Positions 29,001 to 37,618 of a stretch of 64,000 bases of DNA are shown here, one piece after another. The notes under the pieces were generated by a model. It did no database searches. It was not told the DNA's origin and worked only from the letters and a program-made list of their open reading frames with translations. Where the stretch lies: the NCBI GenBank assembly GCA_020348445.1, contig CP070751.1, forward strand, positions 2,047,948-2,111,947, written 5' to 3'. Position 1 is the first letter of the stretch. The number at the start of each line of letters is the position of its first letter. This DNA is from Thermoplasmata archaeon (GTDB taxonomy: Archaea; Thermoplasmatota; Thermoplasmata; GCA-020350865). The position numbers and the translations under genes were made by a program.

Positions 29001-29677
29001 CACTCCTTGACGGTGTGTATCTTCCTGACGACTACGCAGCCTTGGAGTTCGACCACATGTACTATGTTTATGGTGGAGATATACTCTGGGTGGAAGTCAG
29101 TGCAGACAACGGTGGCACTTGGGACCAAGTGGAGTACTACGGATACTACGATGTAACTGAGACTCCAGGATATCCAGACTCAACAGTGCATGCATACGTT
29201 GATCTAGCCAATTATGTAGGTGAGACCGTCCTTATCAGATTCCATCTCGATGCTGACAGCTACGGACACCGTGATGGTTGGTACATCGACAACGTCGAGA
29301 TAAATACATATACAGAAGACCTCATAGGGACCGAAAGCGCAACCGATCCAAGACCACTAATGACAATCTCAGTGGTGGGAAAGATGAAGGGAAACGAGCT
29401 TGCATACTACCGCCATACGCAGAACGCCATAAGAGAGATCATGGTACTGTATCTAAATCTCGAAGCCGGCATGGCAGATGACGGTTCCCTTGATGCAGCC
29501 CTTGATGCATACACAAGCTGTGACACAGAGACCGCACAAAACATTGCTTCAGCTGCCAACGAAAATGGAAATAGCTATGGCTACTGGGTTCACGAAGGAG
29601 GCTATGCCTACTTCTTCAACCCAGGTAAAAACGGCAATGGTATGGCTGGTCTGACAGGTAAGGAAGCCGTGGACTGA
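26096..29677 (+). CDS. Secreted protein with two NIDO-like domains, PKD-like domain, two MAM/jelly-roll-like sandwiches and a helical C-terminus; no anchor, no sequons
   Basis: Strong SD; signal peptide ending SPVAA; LPFDFNFWG and LPYDFTFYG; VHNVAP; DISDYAGQQV...GWDIFDI and DLANYVGETVLIRF...GWYIDNVEI. Confidence 0.85.
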   Translation: MAKFRKLTTSLTALMMTISTMVMMFSPVAAIPIVSISGPIDVDEGVSDVFTGTISGYGTGTPAGYDIDDTLIEPFIDATGGTTLITSAGSSGAVATLALPFDFNFWGVYYPAGSTIWVTSNAVMDFGCGDHFNYYNYNIPSTSSSSPNNAAYVYQDSMRIRSSSSSFVCYEVGIATGGETNDPNKIGHTYLAIEWHNMYYSSTSSNPGTLEIVLWDDDDIDMRYYDVRFYYTSHSYGRSTTVGLENADGTEAAKYCYNPSSPGPISNGMNIRYTWHEAGGTGYEWKVDGTLVDAGFVGSDPFSATLSYAFPDGPATGTIELIVTYDGAPIDFTTHTVTVHNVAPLVYGDNTYADNYAGADNAVYLGDWIYFHGHISDVAADTPPDWEPHQWVEVTPGSEGVEWEITPYTGPYEPYWEYNWEIKFLRPGTYTVTVYVQDKDGGIGWGSDEDAPRTVVVIEHIRYQWTGAGHGLKVLDAAVKPADVQAGGMTLAYLKVMHDHPDPDVQVPLIKEDLQTLIPEDWELLRVYGPEWINGGSTEILTAAISIPPGTPVGDYSFFVEPIPYSIPNHWHEIGGGVWWCGDDITDEYGQYYADPLTYKDVYVDAQYLRLTHSIVSDSASGGCVLIDDGSGWALLTPLDGYIDTVFALGRALDLPYTVDGPGFTYTYSGVDYFDISDYAGQQVDIILMFASWSSSGYRGWDIFDISLVDHDGTNVFFDDFTNADNWDTDDRYGVLDYDMDDSGDCVDYWIDIVDPANDLGMDEDYPYYRYVLPYDFTFYGQTFSQLTIAAFGYLVMDYPPYGTVTKSPQEFPTSTSYLKYVIAPLHADLSPGTGSYERGLIYGKQIGSQLVVTWDDVMIGYSSSTSVTFQVILDNSDNSIRFNYLDMNVGTSLSRCMVGLNADDGVRHESYYYRYYSTETGTLPDTCTTILYTPGPMEKVGGWEITTEGLITDSPGEDYADSFDTYLTLLDGVYLPDDYAALEFDHMYYVYGGDILWVEVSADNGGTWDQVEYYGYYDVTETPGYPDSTVHAYVDLANYVGETVLIRFHLDADSYGHRDGWYIDNVEINTYTEDLIGTESATDPRPLMTISVVGKMKGNELAYYRHTQNAIREIMVLYLNLEAGMADDGSLDAALDAYTSCDTETAQNIASAANENGNSYGYWVHEGGYAYFFNPGKNGNGMAGLTGKEAVD

Positions 29678-29711
29678 TGCTCTCTTTTAAAGACAAGACC
29701 CAAAAACAAAC

Positions 29712-29742
29712 CCTCTTCCTTTTTTTTTATTTCTTTTAATTC
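29712..29742 (+). terminator. Oligo-T archaeal terminator after the 26096 gene
   Basis: Pyrimidine tract with T9 at 29720-29728, about 40 nt after the stop. Confidence 0.6.
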
Positions 29743-29814
29743 CTTTAAAAAGATTTATGTAGGCCTATTTTTATATTTAGCTTTACCAAACCAGTTGATG
29801 AAAATGGGAGGAGC

Positions 29815-32800
29815 ATGACGCAAGAAAAGTATATCAATAGAAGAAGGATTTACAGTACGGCAATATCCTTTACTTTGTTTGCTTCGGTAATAACCACCCT
29901 TTTTGTAGGTGCAACCATTTTTCTTGGCAAAGAAGCAACTGCTACACCTCACAGTGGCTCCACAACTGGCGACGAAGAATGGCTTGCTGTGGATAATCCT
30001 CATGTCGTAACAGCCAATTTCACCGTCGAAATTAACCATAATCTAACCCTTGAGCCTGGGGTAAGGGTCGAATTCGTGGAAAATACCCATCTTCGGATAA
30101 AGGGCAGGTTGATTGCAAGTGGTGACCAAAACATCATAACCTTTACATCCATTTACGGAGCACCCAAGCCTGAGCAGTACTGGGAGGCTATCTTAATAGA
30201 TCACACCAGTCGTCAAAACATTATTGATCACACAGAGATAGAATATGCGAATTATGGCGTATATTCAAGCTGTACTAGTCTAAAAGTATCCAACAACACG
30301 ATTTCATCAACATGGTATGCAGGCATATACACATATAACTCGAATCCCGTGATATACAACAACACAGTAACTTTGAATGACGGTTGGGGAATTAAAATCG
30401 AAGAAAGTTCAATGCCTGTGATAAGCTATAATGAGGTCACTTTCAACGATTACGACGGAATTTATTCAGGTAGAAACTCAAGACCTACAATAACCAACAA
30501 TGCGGTAAACTCAAATTATAACAACGGAATCAAATGTATGGAGGGCTCAACTCCGATAATAAAAAACAACGAAATCTCATCGAACATGCACGATGGAATT
30601 TATGTTTACTCAGCATCACCACAAATTTTATATAACATCGTAACAGCAAACAATCACACCGGCATCAGAGTTTCCTCATCCTCTTCAGCCCCCCTCATTG
30701 AGAATAATACAATATCAAGCAACTTAAAAAATGGTATTGTTTGTTTGTATGGTGCAAATCCAAATATTAAAAGTAACATAATAAGTAACAACGACCAAGA
30801 TACCAAAGATCTGTACCCGGCCATCTATATCGATGACTCAAATCCAGTCATATCCCAAAATAATATTTCTTCCAACAATGCCCACGGCATATACATTACA
30901 AACGCTGCCTCTCCTAATATAGAAAAAAACACCATTAAAAACAACTATTTAGGGATATACATAGAGGGCTCAGCGCCGCAGATTGTGGGGGATACAATAT
31001 CCCTCAACACACATGATGGAATATTTATGGATTCATCGAGCCCCACCTTAACTGGTGTGGCAATATCCTCCAATGGGGACGACGGTGTCCAAGTCGTTTC
31101 CTCGTCTCCTGTGATTGAGGATTGCCTTGTATCCTCAAACACCGACAATAATGTTCAGTCCTCGTCCTCGATTTTCACAATAGCAAACTCAAGTATCTCT
31201 CTTTCAAATGGGAATGATTTTGATTTGAGCGAAAACAGCCATATGCATGTTCTCAACACAACATTCGACAACACCAGTGTTTCCTTTAGTGATGCTGCAT
31301 CCATTCTTGAGGTACAGTGGTATCTTTCTGTTTTTGTGCTGGATTCAAAAGGCGATAAAATTTCAGGTGCGAACGTTGTTGTAAAAGATGCGTCAAGAAC
31401 AGAAATTTATAATGGAACCTGCATAGGGGGCAAGGTAAAATGGATCCAAACCACCCAGTACACACAGGATCAGGTGAGCAAAATAATACACACCCCCCAC
31501 AACATCAGTGCATCAAGAGATGCAAGCACCGCCTATAGTGACCAAGACCCAACAATGGATGCGAATAAAGAGGTTACGATATTCTTCCCGTTCGATCTAG
31601 GGATTTCCGTGCCCACAGGTCTGAACGTTAATTCCCTTGCTGAGGGCGGTGGGCTCAATATAACGTGGGATCCAAATCCTGAAGAGGATTTGACTGGATA
31701 TATATTGTATATCAGTTTGGATAAAGTCAGCTACGATGTTGAAGCGGTTTTAACAGCCAAAAATAACTATTACATCGATTTCGATCTCATTGATGGGCAG
31801 GAATATTACTACAGGATTTCCGCTGCAAACAGCACTAATGAAAGCGGTCTTTCTGAACCTGTAAAAGGTATACCAGGTGATATATTACCTCCGATGCCAC
31901 CCACTAATCTAACAGCAGTCAGAGGGTACAGCGAGGACTCACTGGTTCTCATATGGCATGCTGTTGGAGATGAGGATGTGATGGGATACAATGTATACAG
32001 GGCAGAAACACCTGATGGCGAATTTGAACTAATTGCAAAATTAGGCCTCCAAAACGAATACACTGATTATGGCCTTGAGACCTACACCACATATTACTAC
32101 AAGGTCACAGCATTTGACGAGGTACCTAATGAATCTGAATACTCAAAAATGGCAAGCAACACGACCTGGGATACAGAGCCTCCAATCACGCCTGAGGATT
32201 TGAAAATCGAGGTCATACCCACGGGAAACACTCTGAACCTGTCATGGATTTCAAATGCCGAAGATGACTTCAATCATTATACAGTATATATCGGTACAAA
32301 CAATTTAACCTTCAATGTAGAGGCAACAGTGCCGCCTTCACCTCATCCATATTATCTTGACACCAACCTTACCAATGGAAAAATGTACTATTATAAACTA
32401 TCAGCATCAGATTATAGACCAAACGAGTCTCCGCTCTCTGAATCTATTGCTGGGATGCCAATGGATACAATAATACCAAGTCCGCCAACAGGTTTGATCG
32501 TGTCGTATAATCCAAATCCAGATGCCCTGAATCTAAGCTGGAATCCAAATAGCGAGGAGGATGTTGTGGGGTATAATATTTATCGCTCCGAATCAAGTGG
32601 TGGACCCTATACCCTTGTAACGACAGTGGGTTTGGTTGCCAAGTTTCAGGATATAGGTTTGGCAAGCGATATTGTCTATTACTATGTTATTACGGCTTTT
32701 GATGAGGTTCCTAATTACTCAACATTCAGCAACGAGGCAAATGGAACAACCACAGATACGGTACCTCCGGCTGCACCTAAAAACGTGATTGTTACACCAA

Positions 32801-35800
32801 TGCCTGAAGGCAATGCCCTGAACATTTCTTGGGATCAAAACACGGAATTGGATTTGGATCATTATAATTTATTCAGGAGCACGAACAACGTTTCATTCCA
32901 ATTAAGAGCCATGATACCAGCAGGAAAAGATTACTTCCTCGACACAGAACTTGCAGATGGTGTTACCTATTACTATGCTCTTTCTGCCTTTGACGAAGTA
33001 CCAAATGAATCGCTATTATCGAAGATCGCAAATGGTACGCCAGCAGACATTATGGCACCAGCAGAGCCAACAGGGCTTGTCGTCACTTTGGGACCAACAC
33101 AAGATTCATTGAACTTGACCTGGGATCTGAACAGCGAGTCCGATATGGCGGGTTACTTTATTTATCGAAGTGAGATGCCAGGTGGACCATACTCATATAT
33201 AGATTCCGTAGGATTGATTACACACTATCAAGATACTGGGTTGAGTAGTGAGACTACATTTTACTATGTTATTCAAGCGTTCGATGAGGTGCCGAACTTC
33301 TCCTCTTTTAGCCCAGAGGCCTTTAGAACCACGGCAGATTATACGGCGCCTTCAACCCCAGCGAACTTAACAGTTACTCCTGTTCTCGCAGGCAATGCTT
33401 TGAATATATCATGGGATGCGAGTCCAGAGCCTGACGTGATGAACTACGTTCTTTACTCTAGCACTGACAATTTGACGTTCTTCGTGGAATCCACGGTCCT
33501 TGCGGGAACAGAATATTACATTGATTCCAACCTCATAGATGGAAAAACCTATTACTACATGATATATGCGAAAGACGAGGTACCCAATTACTCTAATTTA
33601 TCTGATGTGGCAAGCGGTATACCACAAGACACTTTGTCACCTGCAACGCCAACGGGTTTGAAGGTTGTTGATATTCAAAATGCCGAGGGGGCATTGAACA
33701 TAAGCTGGGATCCTGTGACAACAAACCTTGACGGCTCTGCATGCAGCGATCTTGTGAGTTATTCGCTTTATAGAAATGAGACAGGTACCTGGGTGTTCCT
33801 TTATAGTATCCCAGCAGGAAATGAATATTTCATAGACACCAACCTTGTTGATGGTATGCTTTATAACTATTCTATAAAGGCACTGGACGAGATGCCAAAC
33901 GAATCTCCTTTGTCTTCAGCTGGCAGTAACTTCTCTATAGATGACCTTTCTCCGGCCACACCAACGAAATTGGATGCCAGGGCCACATCAAATTCGGGAG
34001 AGTTGAATATCACATGGAACCCCGTTACAACAAATTTAGATGGTTCGTCATGCATCGATTTGGTCAATTATACTCTTTATAGGAACGGCACCACACCTGG
34101 GATTTGGATTTTCGTTGCCAACATCTCTGCGGGAACAGAATTTTATGTGGATACTGGGCTTATTGATTATGTCCAATACAACTACACGATTTGGGCTTCT
34201 GATGAAATACCAAATTATTCTCCGCTGTCTCTTTCCGATTCGGGTATACCATTTGATAATGTATCACCTGCACAACCAAAAAATCTAACTGCAAAGGATG
34301 AGATCAATTCCGAGGGGGCATTGAACCTTTCATGGGATGAAAACAGCGATATGGACCTGAGCCATTATTTAATCTATAGTAACAGGTCCGGTAATTGGGA
34401 GATTTTGGCATTGGTACCAAAGGGTACACAATATTACATTGATCGTGGTCTTATTGATGGTGTCATCTATTACTATAATATCTCAGCTGTGGATTACTCA
34501 GGAAATGAGGGGAATCAATCTTTTTCCGCAAGCAACTATTCTGTAGATGATTTATCACCATCTACGCCTGCTGGCTTGGTTGTGGAAGATTTTATCAATT
34601 CAGAACGTATGTTGAATATATCATGGAACGCTGTTAATACAAATGCCGATGGCTCGCCTTGTATTGATCTTGTAAATTACACTTTGTATACAAACAAATC
34701 GGGTGTTTGGCAACTTTTGGCTATAATTCCTGTCGGCAAAGAATATTATATAGACAGTTTAGGCCTGTTCGATGGCCCTACCTACTATTATAGAATCTCA
34801 GCATCCGACGAAGTGCCCAATACATCCCCAAATTCCACAGATGCATACGGCCAATCCATTGATGACTTACCTCCCTCAGCGCCCACAGGTTTGACGGTCA
34901 TTACATCTCCACAAGGCAATACGTTGAATATAAACTGGACTCCGAATCCAGAGTTTGACGTCATATCTTATACCCTATTGGTCAGCACAAATAACGTAAC
35001 CTTCGATGTCGAGGCTGTAATTCCTGCGGGGGCAAATAACTACACAGATACCTCCCTTATCGACGGTAAAGTTTACTATTATATGATCAAGGCGACAGAC
35101 GAGGTCCCTAATTATTCGTTGCCCTCAGGTGTAGTAAGTGGTGTACCATCAGATTCCACAGCACCATCGGCACCCACAGGGTTGACAGCAACTTACGGAC
35201 CGACGTCTGATTCATTGAGTTTAATGTGGAATCAAAACAGTGAAACTGATCTGGCAGGTTATATCATTTATCGTTCTGCAACAGAAGGTGGACCATACAC
35301 TTTGTTGTATATCCTTGGCCAGGTTATGGAATATGTGGATATGGGGTTGGACAGCGGAGTTACTTATTACTACGTGATAACCGCTTTTGATGAAGTGCCT
35401 AACAATTCCCCATACTCAAGTGAGGCAAATTTCACAACTAAATACACCATCCCACCCTCCGCTCCAACTGGATTGACAGTATCAGTTATTCAATCTGGGA
35501 ACGCCCTTAATATCTCATGGCAGGCCAATTTAGAACCTAATCTAGCCTTCTACTCTATCTATCACAGTCTTGACAATTTGAGCTTCACTTGGCTCGCTGA
35601 TATTGCCGCTGGAACTGAATATTTTGTCGACACTGGTTTAAAAAACAATGTGACCTACTTTTATTTGCTAACCGCGACAGATGCGGTGCCCAACGAATCG
35701 CCTGTATCAATTGTTGTGAACGGTACACCCGCCGACCTTGAAGTTCCATTTCCACCGACATATCTTATTGTTAGTCCTGGTTCTACTCCTTATGAATTGG

Positions 35801-37584
35801 TACTATACTGGAACGCCTCTATGAGTTTGGATGTTAGGGGATATAATGTTTACAGATCCACGACAGAAGGAGGGCCATATGAATTTATCAACAGTACATT
35901 TTTGGTAACCTATTATGTTGATAGGGGCTTGCTAGATAAAACAACCTACTATTATGTTATCACGGCCTTTGACGAGACCCCCAATGAATCATCATTTTCA
36001 ATCGAGGCAAGTGGCTTTACACCAGATACAACTGCCCCATCCATACCCATGGGATTGAATGTCTTTATCGTGCCCAAGGGTAATGCACTGAACATCTCCT
36101 GGGATGCGGTCTCAGATGATGATGTTTTATCTTACAACGTGTACAGAAGTGTGGATAACATCACGTTTGTTTTTTTCGCATCCACCCCAGAAGGCATTGA
36201 ATATTATTTGGATACGAATTTAAGCGATGGCAAGACGTATTACTACATAGTGAAGGCTATAGATGAAGTACCCAATGAATCAGGAGTATCAGAAGTGGTC
36301 TTGGGTACACCCAAGGATACAGTTCCTCCATCGGCACCCTTAAATTTAACAGCCACAACAGGCCTAGTTTATGACTCAGTGAAACTGAGTTGGGATGCGA
36401 ACATAGAGAATGATCTGATGGGTTACACAGTGTACCATTCAACTGCACCCCAAGGTCCATACTTTTGGTTTGCCACACTCGGTCTTGAGACCGTATATTA
36501 TATTCATGACTTAGAAGATGTCATTACCTATTATTATGTGATCGATGCCTTTGATGAAGTGCCTAACAATTCCACAAAGTCGAATGAATGCTACTGGATA
36601 GCCCCTGATAGAACCCCACCCCTTGCTCCCACGGGGTTAACAGCTTTTGCGCAAGATGTTGGAAGTAACGTGTTACTTTCGTGGAATCCAAATACCGAGG
36701 ATGATTTGGATCACTACTCGGTATATAGGGGCCTGGACAACTTGACTTTTGTTTGGATAGCAAACGTGCCGGCTGGCAATATGACTTATACAGATGAGCA
36801 ACTTGTCAATGGCATAAAATATTTTTATACAATTGCCGCAGTTGATGAGGTTCCCAACCGATCGCCACTATCCAACATCGTGAGCGTTATCCCAAAAGAG
36901 ACCCTACCACCCTCGATACCTATGGGCCTAAAGGTGACTGCATTGGAGAGTAAAAACGCTCTGCTCATCAGTTGGAACCCAAATATCGAGCCTGATTTAC
37001 TCTATTATGTCCTTTACAGAAGCGAAGACAATGTGACATTCATATGGATAGCGAACATATCTGCGGGCACGATTAATTATACTGATACTGATATACAACC
37101 AGGGAAAATATATTACTATAAAATCAAAGCCGTGGATACGAGCTTTCAGGAATCAGGACTATCAGAGGCTGTGGAGGGAATAGTGAGCAAAGACGTGGTA
37201 GAAGATAAGGGCGAGAAGGATAAGACCTTATTACTGACTTTACTGGCTTTGATTGTAATCATTATAGTATTGATTCTTTTGTTACTTCTTTGGCTAAAAA
37301 GGAGTTGGGAAAAGGAATTTGGTGAAGATATGGAAGAAGAAAAGGAGCAAGAAGAACCAGAAAAGGGAGAAGAAAAGGCTGAAGAAGAACACAGAAAGGA
37401 AGATGAAGTGGACAAAGAGTCTAAAATGGAAGAACCCGTAGAAGAGGGAAAACGACCCAAAGAAAAAGAGGAAATCTCGGGGGAAGAATCAACCAAGACA
37501 TCAAATGATATAGAAAAAGAACCATCAGAGTTGGGTTTAGAAGAAACCGATGAGGATTTACTACCTCCACCTGAGGATTTGTAG
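29815..37584 (+). CDS. Giant membrane-anchored surface protein: beta-helix, cap domain, 19 FN3 repeats, TM, acidic tail
   Basis: SD GGAGG; signal peptide; P.I..N.I..N..GI coils; 19 P..P..L...LNISW...DEVPN.S units by hand count; LLLTLLALIVIIIVLILLLLLWL; Glu/Lys-rich tail. Confidence 0.9.
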   Translation: MTQEKYINRRRIYSTAISFTLFASVITTLFVGATIFLGKEATATPHSGSTTGDEEWLAVDNPHVVTANFTVEINHNLTLEPGVRVEFVENTHLRIKGRLIASGDQNIITFTSIYGAPKPEQYWEAILIDHTSRQNIIDHTEIEYANYGVYSSCTSLKVSNNTISSTWYAGIYTYNSNPVIYNNTVTLNDGWGIKIEESSMPVISYNEVTFNDYDGIYSGRNSRPTITNNAVNSNYNNGIKCMEGSTPIIKNNEISSNMHDGIYVYSASPQILYNIVTANNHTGIRVSSSSSAPLIENNTISSNLKNGIVCLYGANPNIKSNIISNNDQDTKDLYPAIYIDDSNPVISQNNISSNNAHGIYITNAASPNIEKNTIKNNYLGIYIEGSAPQIVGDTISLNTHDGIFMDSSSPTLTGVAISSNGDDGVQVVSSSPVIEDCLVSSNTDNNVQSSSSIFTIANSSISLSNGNDFDLSENSHMHVLNTTFDNTSVSFSDAASILEVQWYLSVFVLDSKGDKISGANVVVKDASRTEIYNGTCIGGKVKWIQTTQYTQDQVSKIIHTPHNISASRDASTAYSDQDPTMDANKEVTIFFPFDLGISVPTGLNVNSLAEGGGLNITWDPNPEEDLTGYILYISLDKVSYDVEAVLTAKNNYYIDFDLIDGQEYYYRISAANSTNESGLSEPVKGIPGDILPPMPPTNLTAVRGYSEDSLVLIWHAVGDEDVMGYNVYRAETPDGEFELIAKLGLQNEYTDYGLETYTTYYYKVTAFDEVPNESEYSKMASNTTWDTEPPITPEDLKIEVIPTGNTLNLSWISNAEDDFNHYTVYIGTNNLTFNVEATVPPSPHPYYLDTNLTNGKMYYYKLSASDYRPNESPLSESIAGMPMDTIIPSPPTGLIVSYNPNPDALNLSWNPNSEEDVVGYNIYRSESSGGPYTLVTTVGLVAKFQDIGLASDIVYYYVITAFDEVPNYSTFSNEANGTTTDTVPPAAPKNVIVTPMPEGNALNISWDQNTELDLDHYNLFRSTNNVSFQLRAMIPAGKDYFLDTELADGVTYYYALSAFDEVPNESLLSKIANGTPADIMAPAEPTGLVVTLGPTQDSLNLTWDLNSESDMAGYFIYRSEMPGGPYSYIDSVGLITHYQDTGLSSETTFYYVIQAFDEVPNFSSFSPEAFRTTADYTAPSTPANLTVTPVLAGNALNISWDASPEPDVMNYVLYSSTDNLTFFVESTVLAGTEYYIDSNLIDGKTYYYMIYAKDEVPNYSNLSDVASGIPQDTLSPATPTGLKVVDIQNAEGALNISWDPVTTNLDGSACSDLVSYSLYRNETGTWVFLYSIPAGNEYFIDTNLVDGMLYNYSIKALDEMPNESPLSSAGSNFSIDDLSPATPTKLDARATSNSGELNITWNPVTTNLDGSSCIDLVNYTLYRNGTTPGIWIFVANISAGTEFYVDTGLIDYVQYNYTIWASDEIPNYSPLSLSDSGIPFDNVSPAQPKNLTAKDEINSEGALNLSWDENSDMDLSHYLIYSNRSGNWEILALVPKGTQYYIDRGLIDGVIYYYNISAVDYSGNEGNQSFSASNYSVDDLSPSTPAGLVVEDFINSERMLNISWNAVNTNADGSPCIDLVNYTLYTNKSGVWQLLAIIPVGKEYYIDSLGLFDGPTYYYRISASDEVPNTSPNSTDAYGQSIDDLPPSAPTGLTVITSPQGNTLNINWTPNPEFDVISYTLLVSTNNVTFDVEAVIPAGANNYTDTSLIDGKVYYYMIKATDEVPNYSLPSGVVSGVPSDSTAPSAPTGLTATYGPTSDSLSLMWNQNSETDLAGYIIYRSATEGGPYTLLYILGQVMEYVDMGLDSGVTYYYVITAFDEVPNNSPYSSEANFTTKYTIPPSAPTGLTVSVIQSGNALNISWQANLEPNLAFYSIYHSLDNLSFTWLADIAAGTEYFVDTGLKNNVTYFYLLTATDAVPNESPVSIVVNGTPADLEVPFPPTYLIVSPGSTPYELVLYWNASMSLDVRGYNVYRSTTEGGPYEFINSTFLVTYYVDRGLLDKTTYYYVITAFDETPNESSFSIEASGFTPDTTAPSIPMGLNVFIVPKGNALNISWDAVSDDDVLSYNVYRSVDNITFVFFASTPEGIEYYLDTNLSDGKTYYYIVKAIDEVPNESGVSEVVLGTPKDTVPPSAPLNLTATTGLVYDSVKLSWDANIENDLMGYTVYHSTAPQGPYFWFATLGLETVYYIHDLEDVITYYYVIDAFDEVPNNSTKSNECYWIAPDRTPPLAPTGLTAFAQDVGSNVLLSWNPNTEDDLDHYSVYRGLDNLTFVWIANVPAGNMTYTDEQLVNGIKYFYTIAAVDEVPNRSPLSNIVSVIPKETLPPSIPMGLKVTALESKNALLISWNPNIEPDLLYYVLYRSEDNVTFIWIANISAGTINYTDTDIQPGKIYYYKIKAVDTSFQESGLSEAVEGIVSKDVVEDKGEKDKTLLLTLLALIVIIIVLILLLLLWLKRSWEKEFGEDMEEEKEQEEPEKGEEKAEEEHRKEDEVDKESKMEEPVEEGKRPKEKEEISGEESTKTSNDIEKEPSELGLEETDEDLLPPPEDL

Positions 37585-37618
37585 ACATAGATATTTAATA
37601 AAATAAATATCAACAATT

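Noticed and set aside
37146-37616. Ser-rich 156-aa minus-strand ORF
   Set aside because: Antisense artefact of the Glu/Lys-rich tail codons
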